Under the pieces are notes generated by a model, which was given only the letters and a program-made list of their open reading frames with translations, ran no database searches and was not told the DNA's origin. This document shows positions 26,278 through 42,890 of a stretch of 64,000 bases of DNA, piece after piece; the stretch's first letter is position 1; every line of letters starts with the position of its first letter. The position numbers and the translations under genes are program-made. Where the stretch lies: positions 115,940,001-116,004,000 of the forward strand of contig NC_043002.1 in the NCBI RefSeq assembly GCF_006345805.1, read 5' to 3'. This DNA is from Octopus sinensis. Taxonomy: Eukaryota.

Positions 26278-26742
26278 TATGCATATATATATAGATATGC
26301 ATATATATATATAGATATGCATATATATATAGATATGCATATATATATAGATATGCATATATATATATATATATATAGATATGCATATATATATAGATAT
26401 GCATATATATATAGATATGCATATATATATATATATATATAGATATGCATAATATATATATATAGATATGCATATATATATATATATAGATATGCATATA
26501 TATATATATATAGATATGCATATATATATATATAGATATATATAGATATGCATATATATATATATAGAGATATGCATATATATATATAGATATGCATATA
26601 TATATATATATATGCATATATATATATATATATATATATAGATATGCATATATATATATATATATATATATAGAGATATGCATATATATATATATATATA
26701 TATATAGATATGCATATATATATATATATATATATATAGATA

Positions 26743-26778
<36 letters not shown>

Positions 26779-26808
26779 TATGCATATATATATATATATA
26801 TATAGATA

Positions 26809-26850
<42 letters not shown>

Positions 26851-26886
26851 TATGCATATATATATATATATATATATATATAGATA

Positions 26887-26920
<34 letters not shown>

Positions 26921-26922
26921 TA

Positions 26923-26950
<28 letters not shown>
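25908..26950. repeat. (TA)n-based minisatellite with AGATATGC unit
   Basis: Recurrent atatatagatatgcat. Confidence 0.95.
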
Positions 26951-26956
<6 letters not shown>

Positions 26957-27004
26957 TGAATTGAAGAAATGGAGCTGAACGCAGATTGAACAGAAATCGT
27001 TTTA

Positions 27005-27094
27005 TTTCATTCTACACGTGTTTCGAAAGGCACAAATTACCAAAATCCGATTGAATAATGGGACCATATTGTGTCTTTCTCTTCAGGAAGAAAA
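27005..27094 (-). ncRNA. Type-I hammerhead ribozyme (left palindrome arm)
   Basis: Mirror image of 27717-27806. Confidence 0.75.
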
Positions 27095-27716
27095 AAGGAA
27101 ATCCGTTGGAAAAACAAAAACAGAACAGAGGCAGAGCAAAAAACAAATCGAACTGTGCTCCTAAGAGCCCATGGCGAAACTGTTTATCAGTGTATGTTGA
27201 GAACCGGTGGCTGAAGAATTCAACAGGTCAGGCATCGGTCAACCATGTGGGTGAGGGTGTATAGATGTTCTTTGTGACCGATAATAAAGTTCTGACTATT
27301 TAAAGAATATTGGATGTTTTATAAGGGGCGAGAAAAAATCTACTTAGAGACGTGTGTGTGTGTATACTGTTCTATATATGTGTGTGTTGGCGTAGGGGTA
27401 GAAAATGTTTCTACCCCTACGCCAACACACACATATATAGAACAGTATACACACACACACGTCTCTAAGTAGATTTTTTCTCGCCCCTTATAAAACATCC
27501 AATATTCTTTAAATAGTCAGAACTTTATTATCGGTCACAAAGAACATCTATACACCTCACCCACATGGTTGACCGATGCCTGACCTGTTGAATTCTTCAG
27601 CCACCGGTTCTCAACATACACTGATAAACAGTTTCGCCATGGGCTCTTAGGAGCACAGTTCGATTTGTTTTTTGCTCTGCCTCTGTTCTGTTTTTGTTTT
27701 TCCAACGGATTTCCTT

Positions 27717-27806
27717 TTTTCTTCCTGAAGAGAAAGACACAATATGGTCCCATTATTCAATCGGATTTTGGTAATTTGTGCCTTTCGAAACACGTGTAGA
27801 ATGAAA
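27717..27806 (+). ncRNA. Type-I hammerhead ribozyme (right palindrome arm)
   Basis: CTGAAGA at 27725, stem II gaaagacaca/tgtgcctttc, GAAA at 27787, palindromic CACGTG stem III, GTA cleavage triplet ending 27798, stem I cttc/gaat(g). Confidence 0.75.
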
Positions 27807-28017
27807 TAAAACGATTTCTGTTCAATCTGCGTTCAGCTCCATTTCTTCAATTCACCAATAATGTTTTAATTTCAATTATCCGCACCAACGCACGGTTGCA
27901 ACGCCAGATGGTTGTACCTCCAACCGTGCTGTTCACTGCTGTGATTTTTGCTACTAAGGTATCGGTTAAACTTTTGATTAATCTACTACAAGATTATTCA
28001 TCTTTCTATTTCACATA

Positions 28018-29481
<1,464 letters not shown>

Positions 29482-29484
<3 letters not shown>

Positions 29485-32400
29485 CTTTGATACTTTGATA
29501 GGTTTCGGCCATTATTGGCCCAGGCCATGTCTAACTTAATAGCACCACCTGGTGAAGTCTTTCAAGTCAGAATTTGGGCACTATGGCCCACTCAAGTGAG
29601 AGTTATTGTTTACAGAGACATATCCGGGTGTAGGGGGTTTATCGGGATTTCTTGAAGGAATCTGTCCAAAGACTTCTTGAACCCTATAGGGTCAGTTTCT
29701 GTTTTAATGTGTTTTGGTGTAATGTTAAAGAGAGCGGGCCAATTGAGGTGAAATAATTGTGCCGTTTTGTTGTTATGAGATGAGAGTGCGATTTTTGTTT
29801 TGGGCGGATGGCACGGGGCCCAAGCCTTGGATGTACCTTAAAGGTGATGCCAACATCATTTGGGCAATGCTGATGGAATATTTTCCACATCATGCAGATG
29901 ATGTAGCGCTCACGACGATGTTGGAGAGAATAGAGTTTTAGCTTTTCTAGTCGACCCCAATAGTCGAGGCCTGTCATGCCATCTATCTTTTTTGTGATTG
30001 CCCTTTGAGGTGCTTCAACTTTTATGATACCTTGTATTGTGTGGGGAGACCACAGTGGACAACAGTATTCAAGGTGGGGTCGGGCAAAAGTGGAGAAGAG
30101 AAGGATAATGGTGTGGAATCTCTCGACTGGAAAGTTCTGAGAATCCAGGAACACATTCTGCGGGCCATGTCAACTTTGGTGTTTATATGAGTGGCCCAGC
30201 TTACGTTGTTGTCCACAATTACTCCCAAGTCTCTGATGTTGTTGGACGCCGCGAGAGTTTCACCTGAAGGAAGGGAGTATGGGAGTTTCAGGGCATCCTC
30301 TTTTCCAAAGTGGATTAGCTCAAATTTATCCTCGTTCAGCAGCATATTGTTTTTTTCTGCCCATTGGATAACAGCCAGTAGATCTGACTGAAGGCATGTC
30401 CGGTCACTCGCCTCATTTATGACCTTCTGTAGCTTGGAGTCATCTGCAAAGATTTTTATGTTGCTGTGCTTGATGATGTCATTAATGTCATTAATGTAAA
30501 TGATGAAAAGAAGTGGGCCCAGCACAGTGCCTTGCGGAACGCCACTACTGACTTTGGCTGGGCTTGATTTTACCCCTTCAACTACAACATGTTGAGATCT
30601 GTCTGTCAGGAAACACTTAATCCATTCAGTAACTTTCCAAGACACCAATGTGGATAGTTTTTTCAATAGGATCTTGTGATCGACCCTGTCGAAGGCCTTA
30701 CTGAAATCAAGGTAGATGACATCGGTGTTGGAGCCCTCTCCCAAAGCTCTCAAAATGTCCTCAAAGTGATGCAGGAGCTGCGTTAGGCAGTCCCTTCCAT
30801 TACGGAACCCATGTTGGTTGGAGATCAGCCGTCTGTTGCTTTCCAGAAATTGGGTTATTCGAGATCTCACCACCTCTCAAATACCTTGATATAGAGAGGT
30901 GAGTGAGATCGGACGGTAATTCACTGCAAGGGACTTGTTTCCCTTTTTGAAAACTGGGACAACAGACTGGGACAGAAGGTTTTTTGGAATATAGCCAGCA
31001 TCCAGTGAGTTTCTCCACAGATTAGCAAGGGGAGATGCAAGTTGGTGTCGACACACCTTCAGGACACAAGCAGGGAACCTATCGGGGCCTACTGCTGAAT
31101 TGTGTTTTATTTCGTTTATCGCCGCTAAGACATCAGGGGCACTAAACGTTATGTCCGATATAGTGTGTTGGGGGTTGACATCACTGATACAGCCCCAGAT
31201 CGGCCATATCAGGATTGCTGAAAACAGAGCAGTATTGTTTCTGCAGTATCTCGGCCATGGATTTGGCATTATCTTGGAGAGTGCCAGTTTCGTCAATTAG
31301 AGGGCCTACAGTGGAGACAGTGACCCTGCGTTTCCTCGCAAATGAAAAGAACACTTTGGGGTTGAGTTTGATTTTTTCAATGGCCCACTTCTCCTCAGCT
31401 GATCTTTGGTTATTGATGAGGGTCTTCATGCATTGTTGGAGGTTATACTTTTTGGATTCAAGCAGTGCGATAGCCGTCGAATGTGTGTGTTGCTGTTGGC
31501 AGTACTTTAGTTTGTTAATTTTTTTGTTTGTTCTTTATTTTTCTGATAATGGTTTTTCTGTTTTGGGGGATTCTGCACTTTTTGTTCACAGGTCTTGGTG
31601 GGGAGTGTTTTGCACATATGTCTGTGACGGTGTCTACAAAGATCTGCCAAGATGTTTTATGGTTGGTGGAGATGTGTGTATGTGTAAAGGACCAGTCAAC
31701 ATTTGATAGCTCGTTCCTGATTGCATCCCAGTTGGCTTTATGGAGATCCATGTTGTCAAATGGGTGGGCTGGAGGAAGGTCACTAGGATTAGCTTTCGGC
31801 TGTGGAATTTCATGTTACAGAGAACCATGTCATGGTCTGAAAGAAGGGTTTTTCCACTGTAACGTTATGTATAGTGTTAGTGTGGTTACTAAACACTAGG
31901 TCCAAAATGTCTGATGTCTTGTTGGTGCAAGGACAAGTTGGGACAAGAAAAACTCATTCGTAAAGTCGAAAAGTGACTCTGCTGCTTCTTTGTCAGCGGT
32001 TGAGGCGGGAGTGCTTGGTTTCAAACAGTTTGTAGTCCAGTCAACACAGGGTAGATTGAAGTCTCCCATCATGAGTATGTTGCTAGAATGGCACTGTTGA
32101 ATAAAGCACTTAATGCTGTTGAGGCATTCTTTAAAGCACAGTATGGGTGTTTGGGGCATATAGAGCCCAATTACTGTCAGGTCATTGGCTTTGTTGTGCA
32201 CGGGTGATTCACAGTAGCCGTTGGAGAATATACTATTTCCATCTGCCGTAAATGAATCATGCAGGAAAATGGCAGTTCCACCCTTCCTCCTGCCGATACG
32301 ATCCGCGCGGATGGTTGTGAAATTCTTCACTCTCACTTCGGCTTCAAGTGGGAGTTGTCAAGGTGGGTCTCAGTGAGAATGAAGAAAGGGATGTGGTGTG

Positions 32401-33372
32401 AATGGTTACCAACCCAGTCTTCAATGAATTGGACCTTCCATTTGTGCATGGATGGAAGGGCTGACACCTTGTGCATTGAGTAGGAATGTGGAGGTTAGTG
32501 TAGTGGCTGGTTTTTTTGACTGTTGCAGGGGGCTTGGATTTTTTGTGTGTGTTAGTGGCAGCAATTGGGGGAATTGGTGCACTGGGGTTAATGCATAGGA
32601 TGGTGTTGAGTGATGGCTAGAATGTTTTTGTGTATCTCTTTTGCTATGTTCAACATGGCTAAAAAAGAATTTTCCTGCTTAGAGAGCAGTTTTTGGCTGG
32701 AGGTGTGGTTGCACTGTTGGATAGGGTTGTAGTTTCCACTTTTGTGTTGTTGTTTTTGTGTCTTCTGAAAAGACTGGCCAGCATTACTGCAGCATGGTGT
32801 GTTTCTATTTTTATTGTTATTCAGGTTGGTGTGTTGGCTTGAGGCCCCGTTTCTGTTTGTGCGTCGGTGTTCGGGTCCCTGGAAGATGAGTGAAGGGACA
32901 GTCACTCAGTAGACATGTTCTCTCACGTTGGGAATACCGGCAGATTTGGGACTCCGAGTGTGTGTGTGTTTTGAATCTCGATTTACTATTTGGTGGTGTT
33001 GATGTTATTGTGGGATGCGTGCTTTGGCCTTGGCCGGTAGTGTGCGTCTAGTGCCGGGTAGATGCGTTGAAGATGCAGTCACATTTGTGCAGAGTCTCTG
33101 GCGCAGTGAATAGCGGCATATTGGGGATTTCTTGTTTGAGCCGTGGGGGGCGCATTCTGCTTCCTATGTTTCTTTAAGTTTTTGTTACTGCAGTAGTATT
33201 GAGGTGGTGATGTGGGGGAAGAGGGCAGTGGTTTCTTATTTGGTTTTCTGTTGGTATTTTGGTGATATAGAAGACGATGGTGGTGATGATGATGATGCTA
33301 TTGTGGTGGTTGCTGTGAGAGCGGTGAAAAGATACTGGCATTTAGAATCGTCTAGTAAGCGATGCATAGACA
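29482..33372 (-). mobile_element. Near full-length CR1-clade LINE (ORF1, APE and RT), many frameshifts
   Basis: RADRIGRRKGGTAIFL, MGDFNLP, NYRPISLTS, QHGFRNGRDC, YLDFSKAFDRVDH, SGVPQGTVLGPLLF, FADD. Tail (TATCAAAG)n. Both ends lie in TA arrays. Confidence 0.93.
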
Positions 33373-33374
33373 TA

Positions 33375-33411
<37 letters not shown>

Positions 33412-33704
33412 ATAATATGCATATACATATATATATATATATAGATAGATATATATAATGCATATACATATATATGATATATATGAGATATTCATATTAC
33501 ATAATATATTATATTATATATATATATATAGTATATATATATAGCATATGCAGATACATATATATATATATATGCTATATACTATACATATATATATATA
33601 TATATATGCAATACTATATATATATATCATATGCATATACATTATATATATATGCATATACATATATATATATATATATATATGCATATACATATATATA
33701 TATA

Positions 33705-33735
<31 letters not shown>

Positions 33736-33743
33736 ATATATGC

Positions 33744-33774
<31 letters not shown>

Positions 33775-34081
33775 TTAGATATATATATATAATATATGCA
33801 TATACATATATATATATATATATGCATATACATATATATATATATATAATGCATATATATATATATATATGCATATATATATATGCATATACATATATAT
33901 ATATATATATGCATATACATATATATATATATATATATGCATATATATATATATATATTGCATATATTATATATATATGCATATATATATATATATATGC
34001 ATATACATATATATATATATATAGCATATACATATATATATATATATATGCATATACATATATATATATATATATATATGC

Positions 34082-34131
<50 letters not shown>

Positions 34132-34866
34132 GCATATACATATATATATATATATACTATATATGCATATATATATATATATATATATGCATATACATTA
34201 TATATATATATATATTGCATATATGCTATATATATATATATATATGCATACATATATATATATATATATATATATTGCTATACATATATATATATATATA
34301 TATATATAGCTTATACATATATATATATATATATATATATGCTTATACATATATATATATATATATATATATATGCTTATATATATATGCATATACATAT
34401 ATATATATATATATATGCATATACATATATATATATATATATATATGCATATACATATATATATATATATGCATATACATATATATATATATATGCATAT
34501 ACATATATATATATATATGCATATACATATATATATATATATGCATATACATATATATATATATATGCATATACATATATATATATATATGCATATACAT
34601 ATATATGTATATATATATGCATATACATATATATGTATATATATATGCACATATATATATATATGCATATATATATATATATATATATGCAATATATATA
34701 TATGCATATGCATATATATGTATATATGTATTCATACATATATATGTATATATTTATACATATGTATGTGTTGTGTGTGTATATATATATATATATCACA
34801 CACATATATGTATATATATATATATATATATAGTATATATATATACACATACATATATGTATATAC

Positions 34867-34899
<33 letters not shown>

Positions 34900-34940
34900 C
34901 ACACACACACACATATATGTATGTACATATACATATATAT
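33373..34940. repeat. (TA)n/ATGCATATAC minisatellite
   Basis: Directly visible. Confidence 0.95.
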
Positions 34941-34944
34941 GTAA

Positions 34945-36546
34945 TATCACCCAGGGTAAAGTTGTGGTGGAACAATGTTGTTGACAGGACTATTAGACAA
35001 AAGAAACAGGCTTGGAGGGACTGGAAGAACGGAGGTAGCAGGGAATTATATCAGACTGCCAGACGGGAAGCTAGGAGGCAGGTTTATTTAGCCTGAGGAG
35101 AAGCAGATAAGAAAAAATTTGCCAATGTTCTGTGCCGTGAGGACCAAAGACTTGAGGTATTTAATGTTGCAAGACAGTGTGTGAGAGAGAATCGTGATGT
35201 CATAGGAGAGAAATGTGTCCACATGGATGATGAATCACTTGCATTTAATGAGGCTTCAAGGAGAGACTTGGTGACGCCACTATGAAAGGTTGCTAAATGA
35301 AGAGAATGAATGGGCGAGAGTCTACTGAATCTCAACCCAACAGAGGGACCAGCTATCCGAATTGACAGTTCTTTGGTAGTTAAGACAATTAGAAGCATGA
35401 AGACAGGGAAAGCCCCAGGCCCATCAGGAATTACTGCAGAGATGCTCAAAATATCTGGCAGTGTCGGCTATAGCCTAGTCACCCATATAGTTAACCAGGT
35501 GATACACGAAGGAGTCATACCCAATGACTGGTGTAGCAGCGTAATAGTCAACTGCTACAAAGGTAAAGGTGACACCCTAGATACAAATAATTACAGAGGT
35601 ATCAAGCTGTTGGATCAGGTAATGAAGGTTATGGAGAGGGTCATAGCCCAACTGATTTGGGAGAGAGTCAACTTGGACGAGATGCAGTTTGGATTCGTGC
35701 CAGGGAAAAGCACCACTGATGCCATATTTCTGGTGAGACAGCTGCAGGAGAAATACCTAGCCAAAGATAAACCTCTGCACCTGGCTTTCGTCGTTGGAGA
35801 AAGAATTCCGGGTAGAGGTAGGGGTCCACCAAGGTTCAGTCCTCAGCCCCCTCCTATTTATCATAGTCCTCCAAGCAATAACGGAGGAATTCATGACAGG
35901 TTACCCCTGGGAGCTCCTCTATGCTGATGACCTTGCCCTAATTGCTGAGTCACTATCAGAACTGGAGGAGAGGTTTCAGGTGTGGAAGCAAGGATTAGAA
36001 TCGAAGGGCCTAAGAGTCAACCTAGCTAAAACCAAAGTTCTAATAAGTAGGAAGGTAGACAAATCACAAATGCCTTCAGGTAGATGGCCCTGCTCGATCT
36101 GTAGAAAAGGCGTAGGTAGAAACTCTATAAGATGCAGCAAGTGTAAGCTATGGACACATAAGAGGTGCTGCAATGTCAAAGGAAGGCTAACTAGGAAGAT
36201 AGTTTTTGTATGTGGCAGATGCTCAGGAGCAATAAACACTGAAAATGCTTTGAGACCAACTTCTGCCACATTCCAGGGAGAAAAACTAGAAATAGTTGAT
36301 AGCTTACGTTACCTAGGTGACCAAGTCAGCAGCAGGGGCGGGTGCGGTGAAAGTGTAACAACTGCTAGAGTAAGAATAGCCTGGGCAAAGTTCAGAGAGC
36401 TCTTACCTCTGCTGGTGACAAAAGGCCTCTTGCTCAGAGTAAAAGGTAGATTGTATGACGCATGTGTACGAACAGCTATGCTACATGGCAGTGAAACATG
36501 GGCCGTGACTGCTGAGGATATGTGTAAGCTTGCAAGAAATGAAGCC
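34945..36546 (+). mobile_element. RTE LINE internal fragment with an internal deletion near 35793
   Basis: KAPGPSGI...LAFV then jumps to EKEFRVEVGVHQGSVLSP...YADDL...LHGSETW. Confidence 0.92.
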
Positions 36547-36564
36547 ATATATATATATATATAG

Positions 36565-37172
36565 TACAAAGTAAGATAGGGGTTATGGGTGTAACTCACT
36601 ATGGGATATCATTTATCCAATATACTGTTGGTACAGTACCCAAATCCTTAATACATATATGTTTTTAATTACAATGCAATTAATTCATTTATTGTATTAA
36701 ACGGGTGAAGGTAAAGAAATATTTTTACCGTAAATTTATAATACAAATAAGAAAATGGAGAAACAAATTTAGTTTGTTCATCAACTTACGGATATTATAA
36801 TGTTGGATTATTTATTCATTTAACAAATGAGAACATCAAAAGCATACAAAAATATTATATAAATCAATAGATAAGATAATAATACAAATACAGATTTTAA
36901 AAGTCATATTATAAATTAATGAAATCCTAAAAATTACTTCTTACAGCTGTTTCAGCCTATGGTCAAAAGTGAATCTAATTTCCATTGCCTATAGATGTCA
37001 ACATACTAAGGTTGTAGGCATTTAAAAAAATATAATACTTATATGTGAAAAAAACCATGGACCTCGTCAGAGGTTATAATTAACTTTAAAAATATTAATA
37101 ATAATATTAATATACTAAACATGATGCACGTATTACTTGATATATAAAAATAAACAATAAACAAATATCCAA

Positions 37173-37200
<28 letters not shown>
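36565..37200 (-). mobile_element. Penelope-type terminal repeat fragment with degenerate hammerhead (36936-37005)
   Basis: Minus strand cataggcTGAAA CAGCTG TA agaag. The CUGANGA box is eroded. Confidence 0.45.
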
Positions 37201-37212
<12 letters not shown>

Positions 37213-37379
37213 ATTACAATAATATTGTTATTACAATAATATTGTTGTTACTGATAAGCATAGTAGTGTGTATATATGTTCTAATGTATTTATATACGTA
37301 TATGACGTATGGTATATCCACTGTAATATATTGTTTAATGGTGTTCATTAATGTATTTTGCGCATGTGAATATACTTTG

Positions 37380-38320
<941 letters not shown>

Positions 38321-38780
38321 AGTAAGGCTGAGAGACATTGTAATGTGTTTTGGAAATGCAAGAATTCTTCATTGTTGTTGGTATAATACTGAGTGTAAGT
38401 GTTTTAAATGATATGCTCCTATTCCAAGGCCAGTTGGATCTGGTGAGGAAACCATCAAGAACATGAATGATAACTAGAATATAATGCAAATGGAATTCTG
38501 TGAATATTGGCCTTTGTTGGTTTTAAAAAGTTTTTATGATACTTTGTTAAGTTGCTGCCCATGCAACTTGAATTTTAAGTTATTTCTTCATTTATTTGAT
38601 TTAAGCATACTTTGAAAGAGTTGAGATTATTGGGGAAATATCCAGTAGTAAGTTGTATCTTTGAGGTAGATAAGTTGTGTTGAGCGACATCTAATGTCTA
38701 TTTAATGCTAGAATGTTTAATATAAAGTATAAAAAGATCAACGATATTTTTACTTATGTCTCTCTTCATATATTATCTAG

Positions 38781-38871
38781 GAAACTCCTGGGGAATTCAA
38801 ACAGATATGGTTTGAAGACTACAGAAGCCTAAACCATAAATACGAATATATAAGAACTATGAATGTTAGTG
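38781..38871 (+). CDS. CTBS: GH18 di-N-acetylchitobiase-like protein, internal exon
   Basis: tattatctAG acceptor, g/GTAAGT donor. Encodes ETPGEFKQIWFEDYRSLNHKYEYIRTMNVS(G), similar to the CTBS segment ...HQVWYDNPQSISLKATYI... as recalled. Confidence 0.75.
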
Positions 38872-40937
38872 GTAAGTAATAAGGATTTTGTTCAAAGTTT
38901 TTGCTTGTAAGAACTTTTTCATAAATTTCTTTTATCTTCTTAGTTTATTATGAAGAAAAATCCCTAAAGTGTTCAGAATCATCATGAAGCTAGTTGGCAC
39001 TATCACCAAGTGACTTAACATGTAGTTTCACCATATACTATCATCATATTTATGAATGACCAGTAAGGATGTTTACAAGATATTAAAGATAAAAAAAAAA
39101 AAAAATTGGTACGAGATTGAGTTCAATCATCATACAGGCTTGTATAATTGCTGGTTGGTACATATTATTAATATAAGTGTAGTTTTGTTTTTGTTATTGT
39201 TCATTATTTCACATTTCTGTAAAAGATTTTAACGTTATTCATGCCTTATTATAGTTTAGCGATCTGTCTCTCTCTATATAAATGAAAATAATTAATGCAG
39301 AAGGAAAGATTATTAATAAGATTTTACTGGCCAATCTATTGTCTTTTAGTTCTCATGAAAGGTCAGTCTGCAATTTATTTTCTGGATTTAGATTGTGAGA
39401 GAGAGAAATTAAGAAGTTTTTTTTTTTCAGAATGGTGCAGCTGCCACAGAATTTCCTGATTAGTATTTGGTGAGAATACCTGCAGGGAAAGAGTTCATCA
39501 GAATAGCCTCAGCTAATCTGATTGTATATTATTGACAGTTCTAGAAAATAATTTCAAGAGATATCACTAATGAAATTTATGTATTGTCTTTTGAGAAAGA
39601 AGGTATATATGATGGCTCTTTCTTTTGTTGGGTATTGTTCAATGAAGTTTCAGCAGATTAGGGTGCATTACCATATTTGTGTTGTCAAGATATTGTGGTA
39701 ATAGTTGTAAAAGCACTTGAAAGATAATTAAAATAACATTACTTAGAATGGTTGTTAACGAATGACAGCAACTCTCCATAGCTCTCACAATGCTTTGACC
39801 TTCTTTTAAACACTTTATATTTATCTATAGTGTCCTACTAATGAAAGTAAATGTCGAGAGAAAACATTATCCATTTGTAATGCAAATATTAACTGATGAT
39901 AAATACATCTTTTCAATTGTATGAGGATATTTATATCACCAGGTAGCAAGTACTCTTGTACTTTAATCTGCAGATGTTATTTGCGGTAATATTTTGACTT
40001 CAAACTTGATGATACCAAAATAAAGGATGAAATTACTACTGTTTGTCTTCATCATTTTAGACACGATTTGAAGAATTAGCAGTTGTTATTTATGATGGCT
40101 GGAGCTACTGTGGCAGAAGAGGAATGATTGATGGAATTTCTTGGCAGTATTGAGTATGAATTTTGAGGCAAAGGAAGTAATAGCTAGATTGGATATAGTG
40201 TCAGAGCTCTGTTGATCCTTTTTATTCCCCCCCCCCCCAAAGGAAATTATTATGTGCTATGCAAGGCATCAAAATGACTGGCTATAGTTTAGTAGGTACT
40301 GTGTATATTAGTTCTTAACTGAATGGAAGCATTTTTTGTTTCTTAATCTCTTTACAATGATGGTTGATGTTGTTTAGCTCCAGTTCAATCCTAATCAAGC
40401 AAACCTATGATTAAAGGCACTCCAGCCATGATCATTCCATTTTTTATTGGGGATGAGGGGAATCAGGACTACTGTATCTAATGTGTGTCATTCTTTCTTT
40501 TAAGGTAGTGGAGAGTGATTTGATGGAGATTTGGTTGCTATTTCTAGCTAGTTGAATGACTATATATTGGTTCTCTCATTGGCTCAGTTGTACCAGGAGA
40601 CTAAAGCTGTAAATTAGAACCAGCTAGTAATGACAGATTTTACAGCCTTTGCTTTTCTGCCATCATGGAACCCCCACTTGTTCCATTGATAGACATACCA
40701 AAGTATTGCTTGTAGTGTTTAACCATTTTTGTGTAATTGAGTGTGAAGTAAAAATGTTACTGAAAATAGCAACATCTGCAGATTAGACTGCTAGAGCAGT
40801 ACAGCATGTATTGGTAATAAGGTGGTGTTTGAAAGTATGAATTGAGGCTGAGGTGTAAAGGGAGAACATGTTGGATATAAATATATTAAGAAGGACAACT
40901 GATTGGAGAGAGCTGTAGAATAGGAGATTCATTACTA

Positions 40938-40978
<41 letters not shown>

Positions 40979-41651
40979 TAATTATTTTCATTCTGATTTT
41001 TATGACATACTAGAGATTATTACTGATAATTCCAAATACTACTTATTTCCAATACATGCTATAATACTTTAGCAGTTTAATCTGCTAGCTGATCAGACCT
41101 TTGCCGATTCTATGCTGATGCTATTTTTGGCAACATTTGTATTTCACACTTGATTACATCATGCTTAAATATACTTTCCTATTATCATACTCCAAGTGCT
41201 ATCATGACTTTTTGAATCTTCTTCAAATCAACCTAATTTGTTGCCTTCTATTGTTGAAAAAATACGATTTTCGTGTTCATCACTAGAATCCACTTTGCAC
41301 AGTTTAACTTCATATTTGCTTCCTGTGTAACCATCTCTTTTGATATATTTTGTCGATTTCTTGACTTTTAATTATATTTTGTATTATTCTTCTCTTTCTT
41401 TTAGTTAGAACTTCTAACTTCTGTTTCTATATTTTGGCTAAATGTTTTCTCTGGCTTTCTTGTATTGTTTTCAGTGATTTGTTTAGTTTATCTTTATTTT
41501 TTGAAATCAGTTATTTTGGTGTTGAAGAGGAAAAGTAAGAGGAAAAAGTTAAATTGATTATTTGTTATTGTTACAGAATGAGAAAAAACCCAAATATTTA
41601 CCATTTTGATAAGTAAAGTAAGAATTTAATCAATATTTTGGTTTTCTTTAG

Positions 41652-41801
41652 GTATAGCCCTATGGAGTGGAAATGATTTACAACATAGCTCTTCAAGCTG
41701 GTATGAAACATACAATAAAGTGATGTGGGGCTGGTTAGCTCATCAAGCATTAATGCATCCTCAGAAACCCAATTCATATGAAAATCTTAAAAAACTTCCA
41801 C
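41652..41801 (+). CDS. CTBS: GH18 chitobiase-like protein, internal exon
   Basis: ttttctttAG acceptor, c/GTAAGT donor, phase 1-1. Encodes GIALWSGNDLQHSSSSWYETYNKVMWGWLAHQALMHPQKPNSYENLKKLP, cf. CTBS GIGMWNANCLDYS...EEMWEVL. Confidence 0.78.
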
Positions 41802-42589
41802 GTAAGTATATGATAGAAATAGTTAGCTTTTACATTAATACATTGTTATCATGTTGCTGCAAAAGGTGCAGAAATACATGAGTCTAATCTAGTCTGAGGT
41901 TATGTTGCAATACTATCTCTAGTTGGTAAACTATATTTGTGAAATAGTCTATTCTGTTTATGAAACACCAGAACTATTATCAGGTATCTATTAATGTTTT
42001 TGTTTTATATTATTATTGTTTGTGGTATTTTACTTGTTTTGCTGCTATATCACCTAGAGGGAAATAAAAACAAAAAAATAACATTGGTTACTAGTTACCA
42101 GAAACAGTCATATTGTTGTCAACCTGAAAATCATGCAGTTCAATTTATAGTTTGCTAAACTTTCTTTAGAAATATCTTTTGGTAGATTTGTAATTGTTTT
42201 GAAACCATTTTTCTTTTTGTTGATAATCTAGTATTACAATGATAGAAAGATTCTGAAGATAGAATAATTCCAACCGATATTTTAATGAGAAGAAAAAAAC
42301 TCTCTGACTTTCTCAGTTTACATTGTAACATTTATGTACAGGGTAATGTTTAGCCCTACTTAAATGTAGATGTTCTACTAGAACAAATTTCACTGTGGTA
42401 GTTACCGTGAGAGACCCTCATATTGGCTTTTTGGTGCAAAATGCATGCTTGTTTATATCAGTTGTGGAGAGATAAATCCCTGCTCCCTCCAGCGCTGGGA
42501 CCATCAGATCACATGATTTGGTTTTTTCAATGATTGACAATGCCAGGACAGGGAATGGCAAAAAAAGCTCTTGTCCCTCATAAATATTC

Positions 42590-42890
42590 CAACAGCAGCG
42601 CATTCTATCAGTCTATTTTTGCCAAACCACTATGGGGACATAAACAAACTAACACCACTGGTCAAGCAGTGATGGGATTACAAACACAAACATGCATGTG
42701 CACACACACACACACACACAGATGTATATAACAAGCTTCTTTCAATTTCCATCTAACAAATCCACTCACAAGGTTTTGGATGGCCTGAGGCTATAATGGA
42801 AGAGACTTGCCCAAGGTGCCACACAGTGGAACTGATACCAAGACTACTTGGTTGGAAAGTAAGCTTCTTACCACACAGCCACTCCTGTGC
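42590..42890 (-). mobile_element. OK-like tRNA SINE (intronic)
   Basis: cttgcccaaggtgccacacagtggaactga...gcttcttaccacacagcca is the reversed head. Confidence 0.75.

Larger units (their letters stand above)
26951..27860. repeat. Near-perfect ~910-bp palindrome (454/453-bp arms, 3-nt spacer ATG at 27405-27407)
   Basis: Identical 72/68-aa ORFs on opposite strands. The only difference noticed is gagggtg vs gaggtg. Confidence 0.95.

Noticed and set aside
41802-41882. Intron read-through peptide RKYMIEIVSFYINTLLSCCCKRCRNT*
   Set aside because: Short and consistent with chance in AT-rich DNA. The strong GTAAGT donor argues for splicing.
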